Positions 29,420-44,339 are shown, counted from the stretch's first letter. The stretch: 64,000 bases of DNA from Octopus vulgaris (GCA_951406725.2 OX597817.1:137950001-138014000), one strand, 5' to 3'. The notes: a model not told the origin generated them from the sequence alone. Made by a program: numbers and translations.

Positions 29420-29505
29420 CAAAAAAAAACACAAGAAAAAACAACAAGGCGACAACGTGGTGCATGCAAAGTGTTAAAAGACGCTCAGGGAAGGAAAGAA
29501 AAGTA

Positions 29506-29540
29506 GTTTAACGTTTCGAGCAAAGCTCTTCTTCAGAAAC
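29506..29540 (-). ncRNA. Minimal type-I hammerhead ribozyme
   Basis: GTTT CTGAAGA A GAGC TTT GCTC GAAAC GTT AAAC. Confidence 0.85.
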
Positions 29541-29808
29541 AGGAGGCAGAGGAATGTCCAAGAGAAGAAGAAGACGGACGAAAAAATTCACCAACAATCC
29601 ACATGTAGTTACATTTTGGAATATATATATATATGAAGGTATGTATACGTATATTTATACATCTGTGTGAGTATAGATATATGAACACACAGTCAAACAC
29701 ACACACACAACTAAATACATAGTTACAAAACTAGATGGAAAATTAGTACTCAATACCAAAAGTAGAGTGAAATATTATTTTATTGAAGTCGAAAAAAAGC
29801 TACCTAAT

Positions 29809-29846
29809 CTGTTACTTAGAGTTTCACGAAAGCTTTCATCAAACAG
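29809..29846 (-). ncRNA. Type-I hammerhead ribozyme, partly decayed
   Basis: CTGT TTGATGA AAG CTTT CGT GAAAC TCTAA GTA ACAG; C3U change and a mismatch in stem II. Confidence 0.6.
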
Positions 29847-30044
29847 TTGTGATGCTACAGACTCTTATTACAACCAGTCTTATGAGTCAATGACTCGGGA
29901 AGGACCTTCGATATATGTTTTTAGTATATGGTAATAGACAGATAGATTAAATACAGAGGTAATACTGACACTTAGGTGTGTGTACGTGTGTGTGAATAGA
30001 TAGATATATATAACATATAGATATATATACCATAATATTCAGTA

Positions 30045-30095
<51 letters not shown>

Positions 30096-30186
30096 TTATA
30101 TTTAATGTGTAAGTATGACTGATTTTAATCGTTTTCATTAAAGATTTCTCCTTTGACCATAATATTTGTTTTCGTTTACATTTTAG

Positions 30187-30281
30187 ACAAATTGAATAAA
30201 ATGGAGTCGATTAATGCACCACTGCTTTCCAGTCATCGTTTTATGAAGACATTCACGTCGAAAACAACAGAGAAAGATACT
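30187..30281 (+). CDS. Candidate internal coding exon of an unidentified host gene
   Basis: Acceptor TTTGTTTTCGTTTACATTTTAG, donor GTAAGT, and only one open frame: (D)KLNKMESINAPLLSSHRFMKTFTSKTTEKDT. Confidence 0.5.
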
Positions 30282-30753
30282 GTAAGTGATGTAATAGCTA
30301 TCAGCAGTTAACTGCAGCCGATGTTGATTTTTTTCGCTTTCGAAACGATTTCAATAATCATTTACTGCCTACTGCAAAACGCTGCAGCTTCCTACCTGAC
30401 ACAAGACTTCGAAATGTTATTGCTTCACATTTAACAGCAACGATTGATAAGGAAATAAAAGCGTTAAAATATAAGAAAATAAGCGGTTACCGTTCAGGCA
30501 GATCCGTCTTCATTACAATAGTTTACAAGAAAGCTATTGCACATAGATGCATGTACATACATATACATACATACATACATACATACATACATACATACAT
30601 ACATACATACATACATACATACATACAATCATACATACATACATACATACATATATATATATAGGGAGAGTTTACGAAAAAAACAAAAGACGAAGACAGG
30701 TGGTGTACGAAACAAACAGATGTAATAGTATAACGCTCAGGAATAGAAAAAGT

Positions 30754-30789
30754 CTTTTACGTTTCGAGCCTACGCTCATCTACAGAAAG
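30754..30789 (-). ncRNA. Minimal hammerhead motif (core variant CTGTAGA)
   Basis: CTTT CTGTAGA T GAGC GTAG GCTC GAAAC GTA AAAG. Confidence 0.7.
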
Positions 30790-30879
30790 GGACACAGAAA
30801 AAAACAAGGAGAGAAAAAATGTGTGTAGTGGCTAATGATCTATATACAGGTAAAGACCATTGAATTACACCTAGAAAGT

Positions 30880-31164
30880 TCCCCTCCACGGTTCTAGTCC
30901 AGGCAAAGTTGCTTATGGAAGACCAGCAGGCACCCATGCATACTAGACTCCCCTCTCTTCACTACTGATGTTATCCAAGGGAAAGGGAAAGGCAAAGGGG
31001 CTGATACAGCTTGGTACCAGTGATGCCGCAACTCATTTCTACACCTGAGTGAACTGGAGCAACATGAAATAAAGTGTCTTGCTCAAGAACACGACACACA
31101 GCCCGGTCCGGGAAGCAAACTCACTACCTCATAATTGTGTACCCAGCGCTCTAGCCACTGAGAT

Positions 31165-31165
<1 letters not shown>
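30880..31165 (-). mobile_element. tRNA-derived SINE
   Basis: Minus head CTCAGTGGCTAGAGCGCTGG...GAGTTTGCTTCCCGGACCGGGCTGTG followed by CTTGAGCAAGACACTTTATTTCATGTTGCTCCAGTTCACTCAG. Confidence 0.75.
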
Positions 31166-31235
<70 letters not shown>

Positions 31236-31239
<4 letters not shown>

Positions 31240-31788
31240 GTGTCGGTGAAGTTACTATACAGTGAGGCTGAAAACGCCACTATGGTACGGTTACTGAGGC
31301 AAATGTAAGAAGTGCAACGAAATCAATTCGCTCTGGAAGTTGGGAAATTGATATCAAACCAACCTCACGACACAAAATACTTACTGACCTCAATATGAAA
31401 CCTTACATTCCGCGTCTACTTCACGGACTTTACGGACCTAATCGCAGGTCTTAATTTTGCAAACAGTTTGTAAGTCAAGGAAGTCTGTAAATCAGAGGAA
31501 GCTAAGAAGTATTGGAAACCTTCGGCTGTTTTTTATTGATGCATTTGCTAACCCTGATCCAGACTTGTGTACCAAAGTTTGTCACAAGGTGTTTGGCGTT
31601 GTCGAAGATGCACGGAAGCTAATGGCTTACAATTTGAACATTTCTCATAAATGTAGTAAATGAAATTCATTGTCTATATTGTTAAAATATTTTCTAATGT
31701 AACACGTCTATTTTCTGAAAATACTTTTAGTCTATCCAGGATATTTCTTTATTACAAATAACAGTGTAGTAACTTTACGGACACCCTA
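31236..31788 (+). mobile_element. Internally deleted Tc1/mariner element (MITE-like)
   Basis: Imperfect TIRs TAGAGTGTCGGTGAAGTTACTATACAGT / ACAGTGTAGTAACTTTACGGACACCCTA with TA ends. Confidence 0.75.
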
Positions 31789-31870
31789 TATGCATATACA
31801 TATATCTATATATATTTATATGTGTGTGTCTATGTATACATGTATCTTTATATATTTTACGTGTGTATGT

Positions 31871-31921
<51 letters not shown>

Positions 31922-31986
31922 GAGAGAGAGAGAGAGATACGTAGATAGATACATAGATATATAAGTATATATAAATATATATATAT

Positions 31987-32026
<40 letters not shown>

Positions 32027-32027
32027 G

Positions 32028-32061
<34 letters not shown>

Positions 32062-32151
32062 TACTTTGCTGAGGATTTACTAGTGTAAATTGGTGCAAAT
32101 ATCTATGCTTGTATATATATATATATACATGTTATTATATGCAAACTTATA

Positions 32152-32198
<47 letters not shown>

Positions 32199-32403
32199 CA
32201 GATAGACAGAGAGATAGATAGCTATATCAGGAAATGTATATAAGTCGAAACAATTTATTGGCCTTCTATGTTTTTTTAATGTTTGTGTAATATTATGTTA
32301 TATCATATTCAATGCGTATTATGTAATATCTCGATATAAATACATTATTCGATTGTCAATAGTATCTCTCTGTTTAATGTATATATATATATATGTATAT
32401 ATA

Positions 32404-32452
<49 letters not shown>

Positions 32453-32480
32453 GTACGTACGTATGTATGTACCTCTCTCT

Positions 32481-32519
<39 letters not shown>

Positions 32520-32526
32520 TTTAGAC

Positions 32527-32584
<58 letters not shown>

Positions 32585-32701
32585 GAAGAGGGAGAGAGAG
32601 AGAGGCATAATGTTTTTCTACAAACGCACAAACACGTCTTCCTATATTACGTGCCTTATCAGAAGACACAACAGGTTTATTCATTAAATAGGTGTATATA
32701 C

Positions 32702-32737
<36 letters not shown>

Positions 32738-32883
32738 AGATATGTATATGCTTTCATATATGAACGTAGGCACATATATATGCATATACAAGTATGTACA
32801 CACACTCATGCACACATACAGTAAACAATATGTGCGCGCGTATGAGTGTGTATTTCTCTACATCTCCCAGCATTTTTCCATAT

Positions 32884-32920
<37 letters not shown>

Positions 32921-32926
32921 TATCTA

Positions 32927-33022
<96 letters not shown>

Positions 33023-33503
33023 CTCTCCTCTCTTTCTCTTTCCTCTCATATTATATATATATATTTGTATTTGAGCATATATAGACGTATATATATATAC
33101 ATATACATACATACATATATCATATATATATGTATATATTATATATGTATATGTGTATATATCTATATATATGTCTCTCCTTTCTTTCTTTCTCCTCTCT
33201 CTCTCTCTCTCTCTCGCTCTTGTTCTCTCTCTCTTTTACACACACATTTACATATATATGTACGTGCGTATATATTTTTACTACTTACACACAATAATCA
33301 AACTCCATTTGAAAGATTTTTTTTCTTCGAAAAATAAGCAAATTCTCCGAGATTTTTGCATATATGTATATTCATAACATGTATACGCAGATATATTAAT
33401 ACTCACATATACAACAGATAAACTATTAGCGGCAGAGAATACGGAGGGGGGGGGGGAACACACACGCTCACAAACGCGCGCAACAAACGTGTGTAGGTAG
33501 ATG

Positions 33504-33560
<57 letters not shown>

Positions 33561-33699
33561 GTAGGTAGGTAGGTAGGTAGGTAGGTAGGTAGGTGGGTAG
33601 GTAGGTAGGTAGGTGGGTAGGTAGGGAGATGGATAGGTAGATAGATATTACATACATATATATTATAGATATACGTATATTCTCTTTCTCTCTTTCTCT

Positions 33700-34090
33700 T
33701 TTCTCTTTTACTTGTTTCAGTCATTTGACTGCGGCCATGCTGGAGCACCGCCTTTAATCGAGCAACTCGACCCCGGGACTTATTCTTTGTAAGCCCAGTA
33801 CTTATTCTATCGGTCTCTTTTTTGCCGAACCGCTAAGTGACGGGGACGTAAACACACCAGCATCGGTTGTCAAGCGATGCTAGGGGGTCAAACACAGACA
33901 CACAAACACACACATACATATATATATACATATATACGACAGGCTTCTTTCAGTTTCCGTCTACCAAATCCACTCACAAGGCATTGGTCGGCCCGGGGCT
34001 ATAGCAGAAGACACTTGCCCAAGATGCCACGCAGTGGGACTGAACCCGGAACCATGTGGTTGGTTAGCAAGCTACTTACCACACAGCCAC
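33700..34090 (-). mobile_element. tRNA-derived SINE (family B), near full length
   Basis: Minus head TGGCTGTGTGGTAAG...GGGTTCAGTCCC; highly similar to 35710-36090. Confidence 0.9.
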
Positions 34091-34166
34091 TATATATGTA
34101 TATATATGTATGTGTATATATATATATATACGTGTGTGTGTCTGTATATATATGTGTGTGCGTCTG

Positions 34167-34205
<39 letters not shown>

Positions 34206-34240
34206 CTATATAATATATGTATGTGTATATATATGTGTGC

Positions 34241-34298
<58 letters not shown>

Positions 34299-34648
34299 CC
34301 GTATCATTCTCCCCCCTCTCGTCTTGCCATCCTTTTCACTCACACCCGCTCTCACATACACCCATTTAAATACATCCACATACATAAAATGTGCCTTATA
34401 TCCCTCTTTTTCTGCCGCTTCTGTCCCTTCGTTTTTTCCTGTCTCTCCATCCATTCTATCCTTCTTTCTCTCTCTCTCTCTCTCTTTCTCCCTCTTTCAT
34501 TCTCTCTAACTCTCTCTCTCTCCCATTCATCACACTCCCACTATCACTCTTACACTCCTTTACCCATTTCTTTTCACAAGACGTTCTTTCCATAAATTCA
34601 CCATTCTCAGACCTTCCCCTACATCTCTATATTGACTCCCTAAAATAG

Positions 34649-34694
34649 ATCCTGCAGTTTCCATGGTTACACCGACCAGTCCGTCAGCGTTTAT
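34649..34694 (+). CDS. Candidate 46-nt alternative exon
   Basis: Pyrimidine-rich region with TAG acceptor and GTGAGC donor. Readable as DPAVSMVTPTSPSAF or ILQFPWLHRPVRQRL. Confidence 0.3.
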
Positions 34695-34915
34695 GTGAGC
34701 CCTTATGAAATTTTCATAAACCTCCCACCATCACCCCCATCCTCCCCACCACCACCACCACCACTGCTGCCACTGCCTCCGCTGCAGCTCCGCAACCGCC
34801 ACCACGACCACCACCACACTATGCACTTTCTCAATCTTGAAATGTTTAATATTTGCGATGACGTCATTTTCCGTTAACACTCAGCTCAGAGGGTGCCGAG
34901 AGCTGCTCGCACACA

Positions 34916-34958
<43 letters not shown>

Positions 34959-35216
34959 CTAAAATATTTACACACACACACACCAACATATGCATACATA
35001 TACATCTGCGCATGTATGTGCGCGTGTCTGTGTGTCTGTGTGTCTGTGTGCGTGTGTGTGTGTTTGTGTGTCTGTGTGTCTGTGTGCTACGTATACACAC
35101 ACGCGTACACACGCGCACACACACACGTACACACACATACATACATATATACATATATATACATATATGCTTACAAATTACGAGTAGTACAAACGTATAT
35201 ATATATATATATACAT

Positions 35217-35267
<51 letters not shown>

Positions 35268-35288
35268 ATATATATAGATATATAGATA

Positions 35289-35339
<51 letters not shown>

Positions 35340-35654
35340 ATATACATGCATGAATACATATGCATATAAGTATATAGATATGTTTTGTATGTGTGTATGC
35401 ACGTGTGTGTGTCTATGTGTGCGTGTATGTGCATGTGTGTGTGCGTATGTGTGTGAATGTCTGTGTGTGCACTATCATCTTGGCTACTGTAATATCTAGT
35501 GAGATAAAGAGATTCATGAAAATCCATGGAAAGGACTCACCGCCTGTGTGCGGTGTAGATTACATAACGCCGTATATGCGTTATACACTAGTAAACCTAT
35601 ATAGTAGTATGTAAGAGCTTATTCATACATACATGCGTATGTGTATGTATAATG

Positions 35655-35691
<37 letters not shown>

Positions 35692-35709
35692 GTGTAAATA
35701 TATCTCTTT

Positions 35710-36087
35710 TACTCTTTTACTTGTTTCAGTCATTTGACTGCGGCCATGCTGGAGCACCGCCTTTAATCGAGCAACTCAACCCCGGGACTTATTCTTTTGT
35801 AAGCCCGGTACTTATTCTATCGGTCTCTTTTGCCGAACCGCTAAGTAACGGGGGCATAAACACACCAGCATCAGTTGTCAAGCAATGCTAGGGGGACAAA
35901 CACAGACGCACAAACACACACACGCATATATATATACATATATACGACGGGCTTCTTCCAGTTTCCGTCTATCAAATCCACTCACAAGGCTTTGGTCCGC
36001 CCGAGACTATAGTAGAAGACACTTGCCCAAGGTGCCACGCAGTGGGACTGAACCCGGAACCATGTGGTTAGTAAACAAGCTACTTAC

Positions 36088-36090
<3 letters not shown>
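35710..36090 (-). mobile_element. tRNA-derived SINE (family B)
   Basis: Near-copy of 33700-34090. Confidence 0.9.
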
Positions 36091-36143
<53 letters not shown>

Positions 36144-36231
36144 TAATCCAAACGGGAAAACAAAAAAACAACAACAATGGAACAATTACAGTATTATTAT
36201 TAATAGGCGCTCAGGAAATGGAAGCAGGAAG

Positions 36232-36266
36232 GTATGACGTTTCGAGCGGAGCTCTTCGTCGGAAAC
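36232..36266 (-). ncRNA. Minimal hammerhead motif (core variant CCGACGA)
   Basis: GTTT CCGACGA A GAGC TCC GCTC GAAAC GTC ATAC. Confidence 0.7.
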
Positions 36267-36989
36267 ATAAAGAAGGAAGAGAGAGGAAAGAAAGATCCCA
36301 AAGCGGGCAACAGGGATAGAGAAAAAAACGACTGGTGTTTACGAGTTACACATGGTGAAAGGCGGAAGTTTACGATAACAAGAGCAAAGTAGGTTTTTAA
36401 AGCCAAAAGAGTGGAGACAAGGTTGGTAACGCAACAGATGTGTGTGTATGTGTGAGTGTGTGCGTGTGCGTGTGTGTATGTGTGTGTGTGAGGCGAGATA
36501 AAAAAACAAAAAATATATGTATGTGTTAGTGTGTGCGTCTGTGTGTAGGCGTGTGAGGTAGGGCGAGACAGTGGTAGGCATAGCAGACAATGGTCAGTAG
36601 TAAGAAAAAGAAGGAAGGAGGAAGGGAGGGAGGGGAAGGGGTGGGGGCGTATGTAGCGTGCCAGCGTGTGTTGAGTAGTAGTGTGTGTGTGTGTGTCCAG
36701 TGTCGTGGTAGTATTAATGGCGAGTAGATTGAATGTGTGTAAGAGTAATGTATATATTTAAGCAATGTGTGTATATGTGTGCGCGTGTGTGTAACAAAAA
36801 AGGGGGGGTAAGGAAAAAGGACTCCAGCTGAGGGGAAGATGGAAGAGTGGTCCCGCGGAGACGGGCGTGGGAAAACCCAACGACAAGCGACGGTCCCAGG
36901 AACGAGCGGGAGGTCTCGTCGGGTCCAAGAGCGAGGTGCATGCGGCGCGTATGCGTGCGCGAACCGGCGCAAGCGCGTGTGTGCGCGCG

Positions 36990-37537
36990 CCTGCGAGTAT
37001 GCGCGTAAGTATGTATGTGTGTGGATGTGTGAGTGTGTCTGTGTGTATGTCTGGGTGGCAGTGTGTCCGATGAATGTATGTGAGTATGTGTGTATATATG
37101 TGTGTGCATAGATGTATGTCCGTGTGTGTGTGTGTGTGTATGTGTATGAGTGTGTATGTATGTACGTGTGGGTGTGTGGAAGTGTGTGTATGTGCATGTG
37201 TGTGCGCGTACATACAGGTGTGTGAGTGAGTGTGTGTGTGTATGTATGTGTGAGTGTGTATGTATGTGTGTGTAGGATGCATGTATGTGTATGGGTGTAT
37301 GTATGCGTGTGTGTATGTATGTATGTGTACGTGCGTGTGTGTGTGTGTATGCGTGTAGGTGTGCGCGTGTGCATGCATGCATGCATGTGCGTATGTGTGT
37401 GTGTGTGCATGTGTGTGGGTATATATGTATGTGCGTATATGTGTGTGTATGTGCGTACATGTGTGTGTGTGTGTGTGTATGCATGTGTGTGTATGTAGGT
37501 GTGTAGGCGTGTGTGTATAGGTGTATGTATGTAAGTA

Positions 37538-37586
<49 letters not shown>

Positions 37587-38244
37587 GTGTGTATGTAGGT
37601 GTGTGGGCGTGTGTATATGTGTGTGTATGTAGGTGTGTGGGCGTGTGTATATAGGTGTATGTATGTATGTCTGGGTGTGTCCGTGCATGTTTGTGTGTGT
37701 GTGTGTATGCATGTGTATGTAGGTGTGTGTGTACGTGTGTAATGTATGTGTGAATGCGTGTGTGTGCGTGTGTATGCGTGCGTGTGTGTATGTAGGTGCG
37801 TGTGTATGTGTGTGGGAGTGTAGGTGTGTGTGTGCGTGTGCGTGTTTATGTTGGTGTGTGCGTATGTGAGTGTGAGTGTATGGGTGTTTGTCATGCATGT
37901 GTGTGCGCGTGCAGGTGAGTGTGTGTGTAAGTATGTGTGTGTGTATGTTTGTGTGAGTGTGTATGTGTGTATGTCTGTGTGTATGTATGTGCGTATAGGA
38001 GTATGTAGGTATGTGTGTGTGTATGTGTATGGGTGTATGTATGTATGTGTGTGTGTGCATGTGTATAAGTATATGTGTGTGTGCGTATGTGTGTGTATGT
38101 GTATGTGTGTGTGTTTATGTATGTGTGCATGTATGTGTGTAGGCGTGTGTGTGTAGATGTATGTATGTATGGGTGTGTGTCTGTGTGTGTTTGTGTGTGT
38201 GTGTAGGTAGGTGTGTGTGTCTGAGTGAGGGTATGGCTGTGTAG

Positions 38245-38290
<46 letters not shown>
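36990..38290. repeat. Long imperfect (GT)n/(GTAT)n tract
   Basis: Seen directly; source of the spurious 294-547 aa His/Thr ORFs. Confidence 0.95.
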
Positions 38291-38292
<2 letters not shown>

Positions 38293-38545
38293 TGAATGTG
38301 CTACTGCACACGTAGTTGTTTCCTTGCAAACATAGCAAGTTGCATATCATATAAAACGCGTGTGCGCGCACGCACACACACACACACACACACACATGCA
38401 AAACATACGCATGTTACCATCTTGCACACGCATATACACATTATACTATATATATATGCTAAAATATACGTATGTATGTGTGTGTATGTATACATGTATG
38501 TACATATCTATGTATGAATGTATGCGTGTAGATAGAGATAGATAG

Positions 38546-39820
<1,275 letters not shown>

Positions 39821-39841
39821 AGATAGATAGATAGATAGATT

Positions 39842-39925
<84 letters not shown>

Positions 39926-40455
39926 CATTTTATGAACGACAGGAACAGTAATAGTACAATACAGATATCTGTATACCATAATTAAAGGACATTCATCATT
40001 GTAAGGCTCATAAACTGCGGCATTCGTCTTGAGAAAGCATCTCTGAGACAGTTATGTTGTTAAAAATCCACAGAAGTATATAAATGGCCGATAGAAATCC
40101 CCTTGCCGCGGTGGTGCCATTGTATTTTTGCCCTTTTGAGTTTCGTCAGTGAAACGTATCGACCACCAATCGATATATCAATATGTTCTTTCACCAATTT
40201 CAGTGTTTTTAGGGTGAACAAACATGGACACCAACTGCAAAGGCATTTGGTCACCAATATTTCAAACTGTTACTTATTTTATCGATTGCTGGCTATCCTG
40301 TTCTATGTAGAGATGTAACACACATACATACATACATACATACATACATACATACATACATACATACATACATACATACATACATACATACATACATACA
40401 TACATACATTCATACATATATATATATATATATATGTGTATGCATGTATGTATAT

Positions 40456-40538
<83 letters not shown>

Positions 40539-40687
40539 TGATTTATAAGTAAGGGCAAAAGAAAAACTTTCTAATGCCAAAATATGCCGAAAATAGACAT
40601 AACGTCAATAACCATGTAATTTATCACTACATGCACGCGTCTCGAAGAAAGCCGACAGAAATTTCTTTAAAAATCCCTTTATTACCA

Positions 40688-40741
40688 TATCGGACCCGAT
40701 TTCAGAGTTAGTTCACAAGAACCTTCCCTTCATCAGTGATA
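40688..40741 (-). ncRNA. Type-I hammerhead ribozyme
   Basis: TATCA CTGATGA AGGG AA GGTTC TTGT GAACT AA CTCT GAAA TCGG GTC CGATA. Confidence 0.75.
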
Positions 40742-41167
40742 ATTGCGGCAAAGAAATAAGTGAAATACTTACTTATCCCCATGGAGGAAGCGAACACTAA
40801 GTCATGAGCACAATTAAGTACCCCAAATATATCCAAAATAAAAACTCTATAGCCCATCTCAAGACACGTGCGCTTCAAACTAAAAAAAACTCTCGTAAAG
40901 TGAGAGAGTCCGGAAGTGAACACTATAAAATTAACATCTAATGTAGGATAAAATCTTTCGAAAAAATTCTATCAATGGCCAGCATATTAAAAAATAACTT
41001 TAAAAGTTAAATTTATAAACAATTTATAAGTAAAGGCAAAAGAAATCTTTCTAATGCCAAAATGTGCCGAAAATAGATATAACGTCAATAACCATGTAAT
41101 TTATCACTACAAGCACGCGTCTCGAAGAAAGCCGACAGAAATTTCTTTAATAATCCCGTTATTACCA

Positions 41168-41221
41168 TATCAGACCCGATTTCAGAGTTAGTTCACAAGA
41201 ACCTTCCCTTCATCAGTGATA
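41168..41221 (-). ncRNA. Type-I hammerhead ribozyme (perfect stem I)
   Basis: Same as 40688-40741 but with GTC TGATA pairing to TATCA. Confidence 0.8.
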
Positions 41222-41387
41222 AATGAGGCAAAGAAATAAGTGAAATACTTACTTATACCCATGGAAGAAGCGAACACTAGAGAGTTTCTATTTTGGATAT
41301 ATTTGGGGTACTTAATTGTGCTCATGACTTAGTGTTCGCTTCTTCCATGGGTATAAGTAAGTATTTCATTTATTTCTTTGCCGCATT

Positions 41388-41441
41388 TATCACTGATGAA
41401 GGGAAGGTTCTTATGAACTAACTCTGAAATCGGGTCCGATA
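41388..41441 (+). ncRNA. Type-I hammerhead ribozyme
   Basis: TATCA CTGATGA AGGG..CTCT GAAA TCGG GTC CGATA; predicted cut after C41436. Confidence 0.75.
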
Positions 41442-42125
41442 TGGTAATAACGGGATTTTTAAAGAAATTTCTGTCGTCTTTCTTCGAGACGCGTGCTTGT
41501 AGTGATGAATTACATGGTTGTTAACGTTATGTCTATTTTCGGCATATTTTGGCATTAGAAAGTTTTTCTTTTGCCTTTACTTATAAATTGTTTATAAATT
41601 TAAACTTTAAAGGTATTTTTTAATATGCTGGCCATTGATAGAATTTTTTCGAAAAAATTTATCCTACATTAGATGTTATATATATACAAATATATATATA
41701 TGAGAGGAAAATCTCAAAAATATTATAATCTATATAGTTTATTGAAACTGAATTCCTTTTTTTACGATTCGAGTTTCACGCTACAGCGATCTTTAGTTGA
41801 GGACTATTATTAGTATTGTAGCTATTCATGTATATATACAAATTCACACACACACACACACAGACACGGATGAGTGAATCTGATGTTGCTCAAATGGGTA
41901 CGGAACCAGCATGACGCGGCGAAGGTAAACCAGCATATGCTGTCGGGTCCCGCTGTTGATATTGGCGGTTGTTTTCTATGCCTTGACCTGAGCATTGGAC
42001 GGGGCTCGCTTCTTTGAGCTGGGAAATGAATGGAATGCCTGGTGTGTGTCTTGCTGTGGCTACCCCTCCTAAAAAATGGAAAATAGGCCTGGGTATATGT
42101 ATGTATGTACATGTATATATATATG

Positions 42126-42213
<88 letters not shown>

Positions 42214-44272
42214 GCTGGTATTTCTGTATTGTTTATGCCTCTTCTCCAGTATTCTTACTCTTGTTTTATCGGGATGTTTTTATAGTTGTGTATTTCATTG
42301 TTTGCTTTCTAATTTTGTCCGGTTATTCTGATCAGTTAGAGAATTTTGTCACGTTTGTGTGATTCCTGAAACTCTGACTAGGGCTTTAGGTACGGTCGCT
42401 CATAACATTCTAGCAGATGTTCCCTCTGAACCCGGAACCAAAGCAGTAGCGATACATTCTAAACTGAATCCTTTACATGTCGCAAGGATAGTGTTCGGCT
42501 TCAGTTTCTAAACCTGTGTTATTGATTATTTATCGATATTCAATATTAATCACAAGAACATTGATTTGAAAGAAAATTCAGTGCATTGGCGTCATTCCAT
42601 TGTGGGATCGAATCTTGGTGCGGTTGCTTCCGCTTCGTTCTTCCTTGGTTAACAAAGCAAGAAGCGAACGAATTTGGATTGTCAAGTCAGATAACTAAAA
42701 CACCACACGCTAAAATGCCTCGTCGCAATTAATCTTATCTAATTAAAAAAGAAAAAAATTACTAGTGAAACCCATGGAAATTCCAGAGAACGTAAAAGCT
42801 TAAGAGAAGCTATTTAAGAAAGAAAGGATGACTTTTATTTTTATTTGGCTCAGTTATTTCACTTCCGGTCACAATAGTATATCTCATATGACTTTAAACT
42901 TTCCCTCTGCTAATCACTTTATATTTCTCTCTTTCTCTCTACCTTTTCCACAAACTTTTTAACCATCTAATTCCCTCTTTATGTCTTTAATATTCTCTCT
43001 TTCTCTTCACCTTTCCCTCTCCACCCTATATTAACACTTCTCTCTCCCACTTTTTTCTCACCGCTCTTCGCCTCTCCGTTCAACTAACCACGTGATGCAT
43101 TTGGCCTTAAAGTATTATTATACTCTTCTTTCTTCTCTACTCACATTTCTCCTCTCTCTCTTTCTCTCTCTCACACGCACACACTTTTACTCCACCTCGC
43201 ATTCACTCCACCTCCACCTCCCTAACTAGAGTATAACAGGCGAACTAACAAGCTTATGGATAACTTTTCAATAATATTGTGATTGCTTCATCCTTATCTC
43301 CCCTGACATTTTCTTTGTTAATTATTTCCTTTATATCATAGATATTGAACACATCCAATATAGAATGTCCACGCTAATTAAGTTTATATATATTTCGTTT
43401 ATATTTTCGTTGACAACATTCCGAATGTCCATTCTTCCATTATGTTCAAGGCCTCCATCTAACCGTAAACATCAGGTTTGATCTCAGAACCTCAATATTC
43501 GCCGTAGGTTTCAAACACTGACTATGTGCCACACAAATCAATGCAGTAATTATTGTTTTAATTTAGGATATTTATTATATTGGTCTATAATGGGTTTTCT
43601 GATTAGCTTATTATTAATCGGTGCCAAATATATTGGCTCTTTGATTTTACAAGATTCTACCATCATTAATTACTTATAATGGTAATTTCATTCAACTCCG
43701 AAGAATGGTTTCTCTCCTTGCAGTCTTCGTAGTCTGAGATTCTTGATTTTGATAATTTTCCCCCTAATCAGAGACTTTAATTTTATCCCTTTCATCTGAT
43801 TCTGGTTTTTAAGGTTTATTCTACATCCTATATTCAAGACCTGCTCTAAATACGTGGGATTTTTAAATTGTAACATTATTATTATGATTATTGTTGTTGC
43901 TGTTGTTATCATTGCCTTTGAAGAGCTTCTAACGATGGACATGTACTACGGTGTCAGCTTTTCACTACCAGTGAACTAAGGTAACACCTCTTATTTTTCG
44001 AGCACCTTCCGAAGTATTCGAGAGGTTCCAAGAAGTGCTGTTTTCTGCAAGTGCTCCACCTTTATTGCAGCCCCTATTTGTTCCACGTACTTCTCGAGAT
44101 GTTTGCTCGCTATTCCCAGGGCTCCGACAATTATTGGTACTACTATCACCTTTTTCATCGACCACAACTGCTTTACTTCCCAAGCTAACTTGTCATATCT
44201 ATCGATTTTTCTTTTTTCCTTATCGCATACCTTGTTGTCAGCCGGGTATGCTACTATATCTATGATCCAGCA

Positions 44273-44325
<53 letters not shown>

Positions 44326-44339
44326 TAGTAGTAGTATCA

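Larger units (their letters stand above)
40541..41678. mobile_element. 480-nt non-coding hammerhead unit: 1.5 tandem copies plus an inverted, circularly permuted copy (PLE pseudo-LTR / retrozyme-like)
   Basis: 40541-40799 is repeated at 41022-41279 (period 480). 41280-41678 is a reverse-complement copy that crosses the unit junction. Confidence 0.9.

Noticed and set aside
36526-38401. Long His/Thr/Tyr-rich ORFs (294-547 aa) and the many YIYI, VCVC and HTHT ORFs
   Set aside because: Translations of microsatellites, open in several frames on both strands.
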